This document shows, piece after piece, positions 40,101 through 51,128 of a stretch of 64,000 nt of DNA. Position 1 is the first letter of the stretch; the number at the start of each line of letters is the position of its first letter. The notes beneath the pieces are model-generated. The model was not told the origin of the DNA, ran no database searches, and saw only the letters and a program-made list of their open reading frames with translations. The position numbers and the translations under genes are program-made. Source of the stretch: an uncultured Methanosarcinaceae archaeon (GTDB taxonomy: Archaea > Halobacteriota > Methanosarcinia > Methanosarcinales > Methanosarcinaceae); NCBI GenBank assembly GCA_963727895.1, contig CAVSHT010000009.1, positions 1 to 64,000 of the forward strand. Direction: 5' to 3'.

Positions 40101-40886
40101 TTATATATATTCCAGTTTTTTGGACATGTCTTTATAATATGAGAAAAGTTCGTCGCACCATTTAAGTGCACTTTCGTCAAAGCTCATCAGTCGTTGGTTA
40201 TCGAATTTTCCCTTTTTATCAAAAAGAACAAGTGAACAGAAGCGTTCTGTCACCACATCTTTGAGAGTTATATTTTTATCACAGACATATATCTCAACAT
40301 TTTTTGATTCCATGAGAGACTTTAGATCATCATAGTAATCCGTTTTCATTCTAGAAAAAACAGGTTCGGTCAGGATAAGGCATATTTCAGCTCCTTTTCT
40401 TGAAAGTTCGGAGTACATTTCAACATGAATAGGATTAAAATAAGAAAGAAACATTTTTACATGCCTTGATTCCAGAATATTATTTTTAAAATCTTCAGGT
40501 ACTTCAAAAAGTCGGTTAAGGTCTGGCTCAAGCATGAAATAGTTTCCCAGTTCCTCAATTCTATAAAGAAGGTTCTCAGGAATTGCAGAAAAATCATGAC
40601 TTGTCCAGTAATCGTAATTTTCCTCAAAAACCCTTACAGTATTCAGCAAGGGCTCCATCTTTTCTACTACTACCTCTCCTATTTCCGAGAGCTTATAGAT
40701 ATTCCTATCATCCTGTACAATCAGACGTCCGTCCTTTAATTTTTTGATCTGGGGCATGATCGACGTTGAGTTGACGTTAAGAGCTGTCTTTATTTCGTCT
40801 CCATTCTTGGGCCCTTCTTCTAGTAGGAGCAATACGTCTTTTCTTTTTTCAGAAAGAAACGCCAGATCGATAAGTGATGTTTTCAT
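40101..40886 (-). CDS. Winged-helix regulator with DUF1724-type C-terminal domain (Msr-like)
   Basis: FLSEKRKDVLLLL.EGPK, IMPQIKKL, YWTSHDFSAIP, SALKWCDELF; likely ATG 40886. Confidence 0.85.
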   Translation of the reverse strand: MKTSLIDLAFLSEKRKDVLLLLEEGPKNGDEIKTALNVNSTSIMPQIKKLKDGRLIVQDDRNIYKLSEIGEVVVEKMEPLLNTVRVFEENYDYWTSHDFSAIPENLLYRIEELGNYFMLEPDLNRLFEVPEDFKNNILESRHVKMFLSYFNPIHVEMYSELSRKGAEICLILTEPVFSRMKTDYYDDLKSLMESKNVEIYVCDKNITLKDVVTERFCSLVLFDKKGKFDNQRLMSFDESALKWCDELFSYYKDMSKKLEYI

Positions 40887-41602
40887 TTTCTTCCATCTCC
40901 CCAGAAAGCTTTTAAATATAGAAGAGGTATTTTCCCCATTACTTCGTTTCAGAAAGTAGCTGAATTGGCAAAAATTATTCATCCTTCAGAAGGACCTTGA
41001 AGGAACTTCTTGCAACATTATTGCGCTACTTTTCAATTTATCCTTTATATTCTTTTCCAAAAAGCACTTACTTTTTTTTAGTTAAATGCTCTTTATTAGC
41101 TTTTTCCCTATTTTTCTATCTTTTTAAAGTGGGATTTTTAACAGATTTCTCTTTTCTTTATCCCCAAATTTCATTTTGAGAACAGGTCTTTTGAAGGCAT
41201 TTCGCAAGTTTGTAGCTTCTGCCTACGAATTTGCCTGAAACTCTCGTTCTGAAATATGCACTTTCCGGAAATAAGATGCAATATACGCGGAACAATATTT
41301 CCTACTAGTGTCATGAAAATTTAGTTATTACTAATCTAATGAGCTCAAAATCGTTGTATGCTGACGAGAAGCTACTAATATTATGCTCAACAATTAAATT
41401 GCCAAGACACTAGTTATAATTTTTGCGTTATTTTCAGATTTCCGAACAGTTAATTACAAGGTAAATAGAGATTTACCTGAGCCCAATCTCCGGTAAGAGA
41501 AAAGATAGAGTAAAACCTCTATAGAAGGCTAAAACTTTTTAGAAAACAGTTTTATCAAAAACCTAATTTTTCCCTATACTTACACATGAGGAATCAGATA
41601 GA

Positions 41603-42118
41603 TTATTCCGATGCCTTTTTCACCAGGGCAAAAATTCCACGCAGGATTTCTTTCGGGGAAGGGGGATTTCCAGGGATTTTTATATCCACAGGCAGAATTT
41701 TGTCAACTCCGCCAAGTACGGCATACGAACCCTTATAAATCCCGCCATCGCAGGCATCATCTCCTACTGCAATTACGAATTTCGGGGAGGGCATGGCTTC
41801 ATAGGTTTTTAGAACAGCTTCGACCATATTCAAGGTGACTGCGCCTGTAACCAGCAGGACATCAGCATGTCTTGGGGAAGCCACAAAAAAGATCCCGAAT
41901 CTTTCAACATCATAATGCGGGGCTCCGAGGTTTGAAATCTCAATCTCTGTTGAATTGTCGCTGCCTGAATCAAGTTCGCGGATTGCAAGGCTATGCCCGA
42001 AAACTTGGTTAATTTCCGCAATCAGTTCGGAGCAGAGAGCTTCAATTTCGACATCGGAAAACTCAAATTTTTCCGTTACTTTAGAACGGAGAACGTACGT
42101 AAGTGGGTTTACCATCAT
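41603..42118 (-). CDS. Ehr/Hyf-like small subunit (NuoB/HycG homolog) lacking canonical Fe-S cysteines
   Basis: YDVERFG..FVASPRHADVLLVTG core; ligand positions read GSDNST, GDDAC, PGNPP. Confidence 0.88.
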   Translation of the reverse strand: MMVNPLTYVLRSKVTEKFEFSDVEIEALCSELIAEINQVFGHSLAIRELDSGSDNSTEIEISNLGAPHYDVERFGIFFVASPRHADVLLVTGAVTLNMVEAVLKTYEAMPSPKFVIAVGDDACDGGIYKGSYAVLGGVDKILPVDIKIPGNPPSPKEILRGIFALVKKASE

Positions 42119-42124
42119 TTCACC

Positions 42125-43798
42125 TCATAGGTCAGTTCCTGCATAGGAAAGGTTAAGACTCTTGTTTATCAGGGGAAAATCAGGAACAATATTCCCGAGC
42201 ACTGCATGTTCTATAGCCTGCCAATTACAGAAAGATGCGGTCCGCACTTTATAGCGGTCGATTACCCCGCATCTGATATAGACCCAGTGAAGGTTCTGAC
42301 CCCGTGCAGCTTCAACCATTGAAATGGCATACCCATTGGGAATATTTGAAATTGCAAATCCGGTTGTCTCGGCAACGATCCCACCGGCGGGGATTGATGA
42401 TATAAGCTTCTGGATCAGAGAAGCTGAATTAAGAACCTCTGCAGCTTTAACTTCAAAGCGAGAAAGGACATCCCCTGCGGTTTTGATCGATATTTCCGGA
42501 GGTTCTTCTTTATATATGCCGTAGGGATGATCAAGTCGGACATCATAAGAAGCCCCAGATGCCCGAGCAATGGGACCTGTTAGGTTAAGTGGAGAAATCA
42601 GATTCTTTTTCAAAACGCCGGTCGTTGAAAACCTGTCAATAAGAGACGAAGAAACACGGACAGCCTTAATCGCGGATTCAAATTGCGGTACAAACGTTTT
42701 CAAATAAAGGGCGAGTTTTGAAAGGACTTCGCCTGAAATCTCTTTTTTTACCCCTCCTAAATCTATAGCTCCTCTCATAAATCGGGAGCCTGTGAGAAGC
42801 TCATTTTGCCTGAAAATGTTTTCACGGAGGATGAGGAAAGGTGTTGTCATTCTTGGAAATCCTATATCAGTAATCATACCCGAGAGATCGCCCACATGCG
42901 AATAGATGCGTTCCAGCTCAAGGAAAATGCCTCTTAAATAGCTAGCCCTGGCTGGAACTTCGATTCCCGCAATTTTTTCTACAGCCATGCAAAAGGCAAC
43001 TGCATTGGCAACGGTTTCATCCCCACTTATGGCTTCAGCAATCGGGACACAGGCAGGTGGTCTTTTTCCTTCAGCAAGTTTTTCGATTCCCCGGTGTTTG
43101 TAAAAGAGCCGGATTTCAAGATTGAAAATGGGCTCTCCAATAACGCTGAACCTGAAATGGCCAGGCTCAATAATTCCTGCATGGACAGGCCCTACAGGGA
43201 TCTGGTAAACGCCTTCGCCTTCCACCTGTTTGAAAAGATATGCTTCTTCCGGGTTTTCGACAGCCTGGATTTTCCCATTTTTAAAGGATTTCAGAAGAGG
43301 GTGAAAGTCTTCAGGATATGCCTCATGTAAAAAGAGCCTCCTTTTGTCAAAAGCATCCGTAAATTCTATCCCAAATCCGTCCCGGATTTCCCTCTCGTAC
43401 CAGCAGGCAGACGGGAACACCGCGGCAATAGATGTCGTTTCTGTCCTCACATGCCGCATAAATGCGAACACGTCAGTAAAACCGGTCAGCCTGAATATAT
43501 AAAAAAGGGTAAAATCAGGGTTTTCCTCAAAATCTTGGACACAGAACATGCTTATCAGCACAAAACCCTTATAGAGAAGTGCAGACATGATTTTTAAAAA
43601 CTTTTCTTCTCTCAGGTGAATGTAGAATTCATTGTTTTTTCCCCTCATGATTTGTGGCTCTTTGCCTGAAATGTCAATTATTAAATCCGTAGCGTACCGG
43701 GTTGCCAGAACCGCAGGATTCACTGGAATCTGGCAATTTTTCCTTAATTTCGGACCTTCTGGAATCAGGTAACTTGTTGTGTTTTTGTTTGAATTCAT
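42125..43798 (-). CDS. Ehr large subunit (NuoC-D/HycE homolog) without NiFe-binding cysteines
   Basis: WYEREIRD, GPVHAGIIEPGHFRF, HRGIEK, ELERIYSH, EAARG; L1 site AISGDET, L2 site NLSYAGTDL. Confidence 0.9.
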   Translation of the reverse strand: MNSNKNTTSYLIPEGPKLRKNCQIPVNPAVLATRYATDLIIDISGKEPQIMRGKNNEFYIHLREEKFLKIMSALLYKGFVLISMFCVQDFEENPDFTLFYIFRLTGFTDVFAFMRHVRTETTSIAAVFPSACWYEREIRDGFGIEFTDAFDKRRLFLHEAYPEDFHPLLKSFKNGKIQAVENPEEAYLFKQVEGEGVYQIPVGPVHAGIIEPGHFRFSVIGEPIFNLEIRLFYKHRGIEKLAEGKRPPACVPIAEAISGDETVANAVAFCMAVEKIAGIEVPARASYLRGIFLELERIYSHVGDLSGMITDIGFPRMTTPFLILRENIFRQNELLTGSRFMRGAIDLGGVKKEISGEVLSKLALYLKTFVPQFESAIKAVRVSSSLIDRFSTTGVLKKNLISPLNLTGPIARASGASYDVRLDHPYGIYKEEPPEISIKTAGDVLSRFEVKAAEVLNSASLIQKLISSIPAGGIVAETTGFAISNIPNGYAISMVEAARGQNLHWVYIRCGVIDRYKVRTASFCNWQAIEHAVLGNIVPDFPLINKSLNLSYAGTDL

Positions 43799-43814
43799 CT
43801 TTTTTGCCTCCTAT

Positions 43815-45295
43815 TTACAGGTATCCAAGTTCATGCACGATTTCGTTCAACAGGTTTTCCAGAGATTCCGGAAAGAAAACTCCAAGCGCCAGAATAATGA
43901 AAATGATGGATAGGATCATGGGAATTTCATACCGTCCCTGACTACATACGGAAGGACTGGAATTTTCGACCTTTCGGATCCAGCCTTTTTCGAGCTCCGG
44001 GTAAAGGCCTCGATTAAAAATCTTGCAAATGCAACTGATGCAATGACCAGGAGGAGAAGAACTGCAAAGACAAGAGATTTCGAAAATCCTAGAGCTTCTA
44101 GCAGAATGAAGAATTTGGCAGAAAAGATAGGGAAAGGAGGCATGCCTATGATTGCAAGGCTCCCAATTACGAATCCCCAGCCTGCAATGGGTTGGAGCGA
44201 AAAAACGTCTCTTATGTCCTCTATCAGGTTGCTTTCGTATTGCCTGTGTAGAATGCCTGCTGAAAAGAAGAGTGAGGCTTTGGTCAGCGAGTGGGCAAGG
44301 ACATAAAAAAGCGTCCAGAAAAGAGCAAGAGGCGTTCCAACCCCTATTCCTAGGAGGATTATGCCCATATGTTCCACACTCGAAAAAGCAATCAGCACCT
44401 TTAGGTTTTTCTGCAAAAACATATTCAGAACCGCAACTGCTACCGTAAGCAGCCCAAAACCTAGAAGGAAATGAGATATTATAGCTTCGGCCTGGGTCTG
44501 CCTGACAATCGCATACATCCGCAGAATTCCATATATGCCAATATTTAGCAGGACTCCGGATAAGATGGCACTTACTGCTGAAGGGGCTTTCGAGTGGGCA
44601 TCCGGAAGCCAGGTATGAAAAGGGAAAATCCCGGATTTTGCTGCAAATCCTATAAAGAGAAATACAAAACTTGCAGTCAGCGTTTTGGGAGGGAGAAAGG
44701 CTGCGTTTTTAACAAATACAGTCCAGTTCAGGGTTCCGCGGCCCAGTACTTCCCCGGAGAGTGTATATAGAAAGATCAAACCTATAAACGAAAAAAGCAT
44801 AGCTCCCGAGGCTATAAAGATGTATTTGATGGCAGCATCAATGTTTTCTTTGGCAGACAGGATTGCCACAAGTGCGGCTGAAAAAACAGTTGTCAGTTCG
44901 GCAAAGATCCAGAATAGAGCAAGGTTGTCGGAAAAGAAAGCAAAGGTCACTGTCGTAAGCAGAAGGCTGAAAACCGTGTAAAAGATTTTCAGGTTATTCC
45001 TGTGCAGTTCCTGGGACTGCATCAGGCTTTCTACATAACCGTTTGCGTAGACCGAAGCCAGGAAGAACAATAAAGCTGAAATCAGAACTTCATAAATGCT
45101 GAGATGATCCACATAGAAATATTTGCTTCCTGTCTCAAAAGCCGGGACTGTGGTTGTGAGCAGCGCATAAAGTCCGATTGCGAGAAATGCAAGGGTATGT
45201 AGAATAAAGAAGGCATTCATTGCCCTGTGAGACTTTGAAAACAGGATAAAGGCAAGAGCTATAGCTCCTACTACTAGATAAATGAGTATAATCAT
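43815..45295 (-). pseudogene. HyfF-like antiporter-type membrane subunit with 3' frameshift
   Basis: FAELTT, AIKY, KSGIFPFHTWLPDAHSKAP, AFSSVEHMG; last TM helix continues in another frame after ~43926 to TAA 43815. Confidence 0.8.
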
Positions 45296-45993
45296 CGATT
45301 TTCTTCCCCTGACCAGATTTTGAGTGTATGAAGACGCTGGTGATATTCCTCACGTGTGGAATCGAGACCTATTGCCAGAATAGTTGTCAACAGTACAAGA
45401 ATCATCAGGTCTATTACGATTAGGATTTCTATAATAAAGGGGAGATCCGCAACAAAGATTCCAAAGAGGAGCACCCCATTTTCCATTGTCAGGTATCCTA
45501 TAACTTTTGTAATCACTTTTTTCCTGCTGAATATCACAAGCATACCCATAAGAGTAAGGGATAAGCCTATAACAGCCCCCATGAAAAACAACTTGCCCAG
45601 GATAAACTCATTGAAAAAGCCTGACAGAAAGACATAAGAAAGCAAGATAAGGCCCATGCTAACAAGAAGGGATGCTGTCGGCTCCAGGTAATTAAACTTC
45701 AGATCCCGACTGATCTTGATTTTTTCCCCAATCAGGTTTATAAAAATTGGGATTAACAATACCTTGCTCACAAGTGTCAGGACTGCTATTGCAAGCAATG
45801 TTTGGCTGCCCTCTATCAGGTAGAGGAACGAAGATATCAGGACCAGCAGCAGGGACTGAACAGCGTACACAGTCAGCAGTGAAGCAATATTCCTTGTGGA
45901 AAGAGTAAAGGCTGCAGTGATCAACACAAAGACAAAGAGAATCCTGATCATGTCTTCAAGGAATGCCGGATCTGTCAGGAAAGAAAATATCAT
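45292..45993 (-). CDS. HyfE-like membrane subunit
   Basis: YAVQSLLL, KVLLIP, GYLTMENG; multi-TM. Confidence 0.85.
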   Translation of the reverse strand: MIFSFLTDPAFLEDMIRILFVFVLITAAFTLSTRNIASLLTVYAVQSLLLVLISSFLYLIEGSQTLLAIAVLTLVSKVLLIPIFINLIGEKIKISRDLKFNYLEPTASLLVSMGLILLSYVFLSGFFNEFILGKLFFMGAVIGLSLTLMGMLVIFSRKKVITKVIGYLTMENGVLLFGIFVADLPFIIEILIVIDLMILVLLTTILAIGLDSTREEYHQRLHTLKIWSGEENR

Positions 45994-46931
45994 GCAAACA
46001 CCTCCATCAGGATGGTAAGTGCGGAAAAGAAAAATGCCATCATATAGAATCCAGGCAGTCTGAAAAGCCGCATTTTTGCAATGGAAGATTCAAAAAGGCC
46101 TATTAACCCTGCAAGTAAGCTGGCTTTTATAAGGAAATAGAGGCATGAGACCACAACGCCTACGAAGGTAATCTCAGTTGCAAGCCCCAAGGGAACCAGA
46201 ATGTTGATCAGAACTGCCATTAGGATTGTCTGTTTAACGGCATGAGCAAGCTCTATTAAAGCCAGGTTTTTCCCGGACTGCTCCAGAATCATTGCTTCGT
46301 TGATCATGGTAAGTTCGAGATGCGTTGCCGGGTTGTCCACCGGGATCCTTCCGGTCTCCACTATGATGATAATAAAGAGAGAAATGGAGATAAGGGTCAG
46401 GGTCGGGCTTTCCGGGATTGTAGATCCGGCAGTTATTGCAAACATCTCATGAAAATTTACGGTTCTTAATACATATGCAAGCGCAGCAAAGGCTATGATC
46501 ATTGTAGGTTCAATCACAGCCGAGAGGCTCATTAAGCGGGAACTGCCCATGCCCCCGAAAGTGCTGCCCGCATCAAGCCCGCACAGTGCCGTAAAAAAAC
46601 GTTCTATTGCGAGCAGGTAGAGGAAAACTATTATGTTTCCGATTCCTGCAGGAGCGTCAGGGATAAAGACAATCGGGACAAAGAGTGTGGCCAGGAGAAG
46701 GACTGCCAGGTTGAGGTAGGGAGTAATTCTCATAATTTCTGAGGAATTAGGCGAGTACACAACCTCTTTTTGCATAAGCTTGCGCAAATCGAAGTAGCTC
46801 TGCAGGAGTCTTGGGCCTTTTCTTCCCTGGGCATACGCCTTGACCTTTTTGATCAGGCTCATAAAGAACGGTGAGACCAGCAGGATAAAGCCCGTATTTA
46901 GCAGGGCGAATAAGAGGAATGAAGCATTCAT
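45990..46931 (-). CDS. HyfC/HycD (NuoH-like) membrane subunit
   Basis: QGRKGP, GLDAGSTFGGMGSSR, ETGRIPVDNPATHLELTMI. Confidence 0.9.
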   Translation of the reverse strand: MNASFLLFALLNTGFILLVSPFFMSLIKKVKAYAQGRKGPRLLQSYFDLRKLMQKEVVYSPNSSEIMRITPYLNLAVLLLATLFVPIVFIPDAPAGIGNIIVFLYLLAIERFFTALCGLDAGSTFGGMGSSRLMSLSAVIEPTMIIAFAALAYVLRTVNFHEMFAITAGSTIPESPTLTLISISLFIIIIVETGRIPVDNPATHLELTMINEAMILEQSGKNLALIELAHAVKQTILMAVLINILVPLGLATEITFVGVVVSCLYFLIKASLLAGLIGLFESSIAKMRLFRLPGFYMMAFFFSALTILMEVFA

Positions 46932-48865
46932 GCGAAATACCTCGTAAATGTCATCAGTGTAAGTACCGCGATGAAAACGTAGAGTACATAGGTATCCAGT
47001 TTCCCATTCTGCATTCTGGAAACCTGGGAAGAAACCAGGCTGACTGCATCGGCTGCAGGAAGGTAAAGACGCTCTTCAAAGAATTTAATCAGGTGAATCC
47101 TGGCAGTCCCGTTCTTAAAAATACTTTCCTTCGTATCTGAATACGTCCTGGTACTGGAAATCTCAGTCCTGTAAATCTTTTTGAAAATAACTACAAGAGG
47201 CTCCGAAAAACCTGCGGAGCTGTATTCCATTGTGGGATGCTGGGCCAGGATTCCGCAGCCCCAGGTTTCTTTGCTTATCCTCGGGCTTTTCGCAGGGCCG
47301 GAATTCCGAACGGCAAGCCATACAAGCCCGCAGGCGGCTGCAAGAATCAGCCCGAGAAACAGCATGTCCGGAATCCCGAGGTCAAAGCCGAGCAGATCCA
47401 GAATTCTGGATGAAAACAGCCCTGAAAGGATGCAGAGAGCCGCAGGCACAGCTTCTCCGATCAGCATGGGGTCCGGGACTTCGGTGGCTTCCTTTGCATA
47501 TTTCGTCCTCGGAAGGGCAAGGAAGGTAATTCCGAAAAGCTTTACAAAAAGAGCTGCTGCAAGCGCACTGGTAAGTGCAAATATTGAGAGTGTAATAATT
47601 AGAAGCACCTTAAGAAGAGGGTTCGGAATAGCTGAAGAGTAGAAATAAGCCTGAAAAAGCATCATCTCACTTACAAAGCCGCTTGTTGGAGGAAGGCCGG
47701 CAATTGAGACCGAACCTATTAAAAAAAGAGTGGTAGTACGGGGCATACGTTTTACAAGGCCTCCTAAGGCTTCGATGTTCCGTGTGCCAGTGACATGAAC
47801 CACCGAGCCTGCGCAGAGAAAGAGTAAACTTTTGAAAAGGGCATGGTTGAAAGCATGAAAACAGGTCCCTACAATGCTTAACAGGGCAAGGGCCTGAAGT
47901 CCTTCCAGTTTAAATATTAGGAACAGGCCAATCCCTAAGAAAATGATACCGATATTTTCAATGCTGCTGTAAGCGAGCAGCCTTTTTATGTCGCTTTCCT
48001 TGAGGGCGTAGATTACCCCTAATACAGCTGAGAGACTCCCTGCTATAAGGATTAGCATACCCCACCAGAGTTCGGGGGCGGAAACCGAGAGTAAAAACCG
48101 CAGGAAACCGTAGATTGCAACTTTCAGCATGACACCTGACATTAGAGCCGAAATGCTTGAGGGAGCTGCAGGATGGGCATAGGGCAGCCATTTGTGAAAG
48201 GGAACAAGACCTGCTTTGACCCCGAAACCTGTAAAAAGGCAGAGGAAAGGCAAAGTAAGGGTGCTTGTCGGGCAATCCAGCTGTCCAAATTCTGCAGAGC
48301 CAGTCAGTTTGAACAAACTTAAAAAACCCATGAAAAGAAAAGCTGTACTCAGACTTGTCATTATAAAGTAGAAGAGCCCTGCTTTTTTGTTTTCTTCCGA
48401 GGTATAATCGTGGAGTACAAGCATTAAGGAAGAGAGGGACATTATTTCCCAGAAAACCAGGAAACCTACCATATTTCCTGCAAGTACCACCATCAGCATG
48501 GAAAAAATAAAGAGATTTGTAAGGGCTGCCTAAAGATTTTTTCTGGCTTCACTTTTAGCATGTTCCACATATTCAACGGAATATATTGAAACACCTGACA
48601 CAACGGCTGCAATCAGCAGAATAAAACCTGCTGAGAGTTTGTCTGTGACCAGAGTGAAGTCCAGCCCGGGAAGAAATCGGAAGGCTGGAAAAACAGGCTC
48701 TTTTCCTGTGTAAAGAACTGTGCCCGCAAAAGCCAGAAGCAGGATTGAAGAAATAAAAGATAGGCCGAAGGAAACTTTTCTTGCGCTTTTACTGCGGTAC
48801 AGAAGAGGAAGGACGGTTCCGAATATTAAAGCTATAATAGCGCCGTAAATAAAGGCTTCAAGCAA
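46928..48865 (-). pseudogene. HyfB-like antiporter-type membrane subunit with nonsense codon and frameshift
   Basis: WEIMS, KAGLVPFHKWLP.AHPAAP, LLAYSSIENIG, ETWGCG; TAG at 48530-48532 plus 1-bp loss near 48503-48512. Confidence 0.85.
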
Positions 48866-49385
48866 ACTGATTCACTCCTTAGGCAGGCTTAACCGAGCAT
48901 TCAGCCTTGTCAGCCCATATTCAATTAACGCGAGATTTTTGAAACTGTCTTTTCTATTGGAAATTATGAAAATAATTTCGTAATTCGTATTTACATTCCA
49001 CCGTAAAATTACATTTAAAGAATTATTATTTCCTTAAAACTTTTCTCTTAATATTTCCTAACATTACACATGTTTACATTATAAATTTTTTGTAAACAGT
49101 GATACTTTTTATATTTGACACTTGATCTTAAAAAATAGAAAGTATAGAGAGTCTCAAAATTTAATAAAAAAATTTCCTGCTTTGAGAAAAAATCTTCATT
49201 TTTAGTACAATATCAGATTATATATATTAAAAGCGTTATAGAACTTTTAAGTGGAATGCTCTAAGAATAGTACCATCAGAGAGGAGAATTCTCTATAAAG
49301 TCCGATTATTCCTGCAAGTCTTTTTAAAAAAGCTTGAGCGAAAACGGCTTTATAAAAGATTCTAAAAACAATGTTTCCCGCTTTT

Positions 49386-50057
49386 TTATTCTTTCAAAAC
49401 TCGATATATAAGATGTACATATTTCTTTTCCACAATCTCATTTCTTAAAAGTTCAAGCCTGATACCACCCTTTTCCAGAGTCCTGAAGAGATTTGTTCCA
49501 TTTTTTCCTACAATTTCAGGAGTGAGAATAAGGCTTATTTCTTCAACAAGTCCATGTTCAAGTAATATGCTGTTCAGAACTCCGCCGCTGTCCGAAACTA
49601 TAAGTTCAAAACCATACTTTTCATTTGCGATTTCCATTGCCTGTCTAATATTTACACGGTCTGCACCGGTCTGGATGAAATCATAATTTCTTTCTTTGAG
49701 GTAATTGATATAAGCTTCAGGGGTCTTTTCCGATACAAGAACTATTACATCCTTGCCAAATTCGGAACGCCTGAATACATGCATTAACCCTTCAAGAATT
49801 CCCTTTGAGTCCGCAATCAGCCAGTATGCCCTGGGATCGCCAGGCTGGATTTCAGGCTTCACGAAGTCCGATTCCTCTTCAGGAGGAATTTTTTCGCAGA
49901 AAAACTGGGTTCCGGTTTTTGCAGTATTCGAGCCTACTATAATGGCATCTGACTGATAACTGCTAAGAATCTTATAATGAACCTCAATATTTGCGTCGAA
50001 TCCTGTAGTGGAACCATCGATACTTATACTGTTGTGAATAACTAATTTCGGTATCAT
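49386..50057 (-). CDS. RibD C-terminal/DHFR-like reductase family protein
   Basis: SIDGS, VGSNT, DSKG, SGGVLN, LVEEISL. Confidence 0.82.
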   Translation of the reverse strand: MIPKLVIHNSISIDGSTTGFDANIEVHYKILSSYQSDAIIVGSNTAKTGTQFFCEKIPPEEESDFVKPEIQPGDPRAYWLIADSKGILEGLMHVFRRSEFGKDVIVLVSEKTPEAYINYLKERNYDFIQTGADRVNIRQAMEIANEKYGFELIVSDSGGVLNSILLEHGLVEEISLILTPEIVGKNGTNLFRTLEKGGIRLELLRNEIVEKKYVHLIYRVLKE

Positions 50058-50216
50058 ACTATCCCCTGAATGTTCCTTATTTATCTTATTGAACTCCCAC
50101 TAACCCTTATAGTGAAAAACTATCACTTATATTAAATGTCAAATCAGCTTTTAATTTATTTGGAGTTTTTATAATAGATCGAAGAAGTTATCTGTGTTAG
50201 AACGTATTTAATTTTA

Positions 50217-51128
50217 ATGCATATCGTCGAGTTTGAAAGCGTATCAAAGTATTTCTCTGAAAAAAATATTCTTCGTGAGATTTCGTTTTCAGTGAAACAG
50301 GGCGAGATCTTTGGGCTTCTAGGACCAAACGGAGCAGGGAAAACAACGCTTATAAGGCTCCTTCTGGATATTATCAGGCCAGATTATGGGAAAATAAGTG
50401 TTTTTGGGGATTTCCTGAGCCCTGCTGCGAAAAACAGGATAGGATACCTTCCTGAAGAAAGGGGATTATATAAGAAAACAAGACTTTTGGATATGTTGAT
50501 CTATCTTGCACAGCTTAAAGGCATACCAGAAAAAAAAGCTCATTTAAATGCTGAATCGCTTCTCAAATCTCTGGAATTAGATCAATATACAAATAAAAAA
50601 GTTGAAGAGCTTTCCAAAGGAATGCAGCAAAAAATCCAGTTCCTTTCCGCAATTATCCATGAACCCGAACTTTTAATTCTTGACGAACCATTTTCTGGAC
50701 TTGACCCTGTAAATACGAAGGTCGTTATGGACAGAATACTGAAACTTAGAGCCTCAGGAAAAACAATAATCCTTTCGACACACATGATGGAGCAAGCCCA
50801 AACACTTTGTGATAAGATCCTTATGCTCAACAAAGGAAGAAGAGTACTTTATGGCCCTATGGATGATATCAGGAGAGAGCATGGAAAAAACTCTCTGATT
50901 GTGGAATTTGCAGAAAAAGGAGATTTGAACGCAATTCAGGAAATTTATGGCATAAAGAAAGTAATAGAACATGGAAAATCGGTTGAAATTTTTCCTGATG
51001 ACAGAATAAGTACCCAAATCCTTCTTGAAGAGCTTGTAAAGAAAACAAATCTCATACGTTTTGAAAAAACGTTTCCTTCTCTGAATGAAATCTTTATTGA
51101 AACCCTAGAGAGTGCTTCCAATGAGTAA
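50217..51128 (+). CDS. ABC exporter ATP-binding subunit (NatA-like)
   Basis: GPNGAGKTT, YLPEERGLY, LSKGMQQ, LDEPFSGLD. Confidence 0.93.
   Translation: MHIVEFESVSKYFSEKNILREISFSVKQGEIFGLLGPNGAGKTTLIRLLLDIIRPDYGKISVFGDFLSPAAKNRIGYLPEERGLYKKTRLLDMLIYLAQLKGIPEKKAHLNAESLLKSLELDQYTNKKVEELSKGMQQKIQFLSAIIHEPELLILDEPFSGLDPVNTKVVMDRILKLRASGKTIILSTHMMEQAQTLCDKILMLNKGRRVLYGPMDDIRREHGKNSLIVEFAEKGDLNAIQEIYGIKKVIEHGKSVEIFPDDRISTQILLEELVKKTNLIRFEKTFPSLNEIFIETLESASNE

Noticed and set aside
48530..48532. Pyrrolysine readthrough restoring hyfB-like gene
   Set aside because: The frame after TAG reaches TGA within 12 codons because of a separate frameshift
41603..48865. Functional group 4 [NiFe] hydrogenase matured by nearby hypF
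   Set aside because: Both NiFe CxxC motifs are absent from the large subunit
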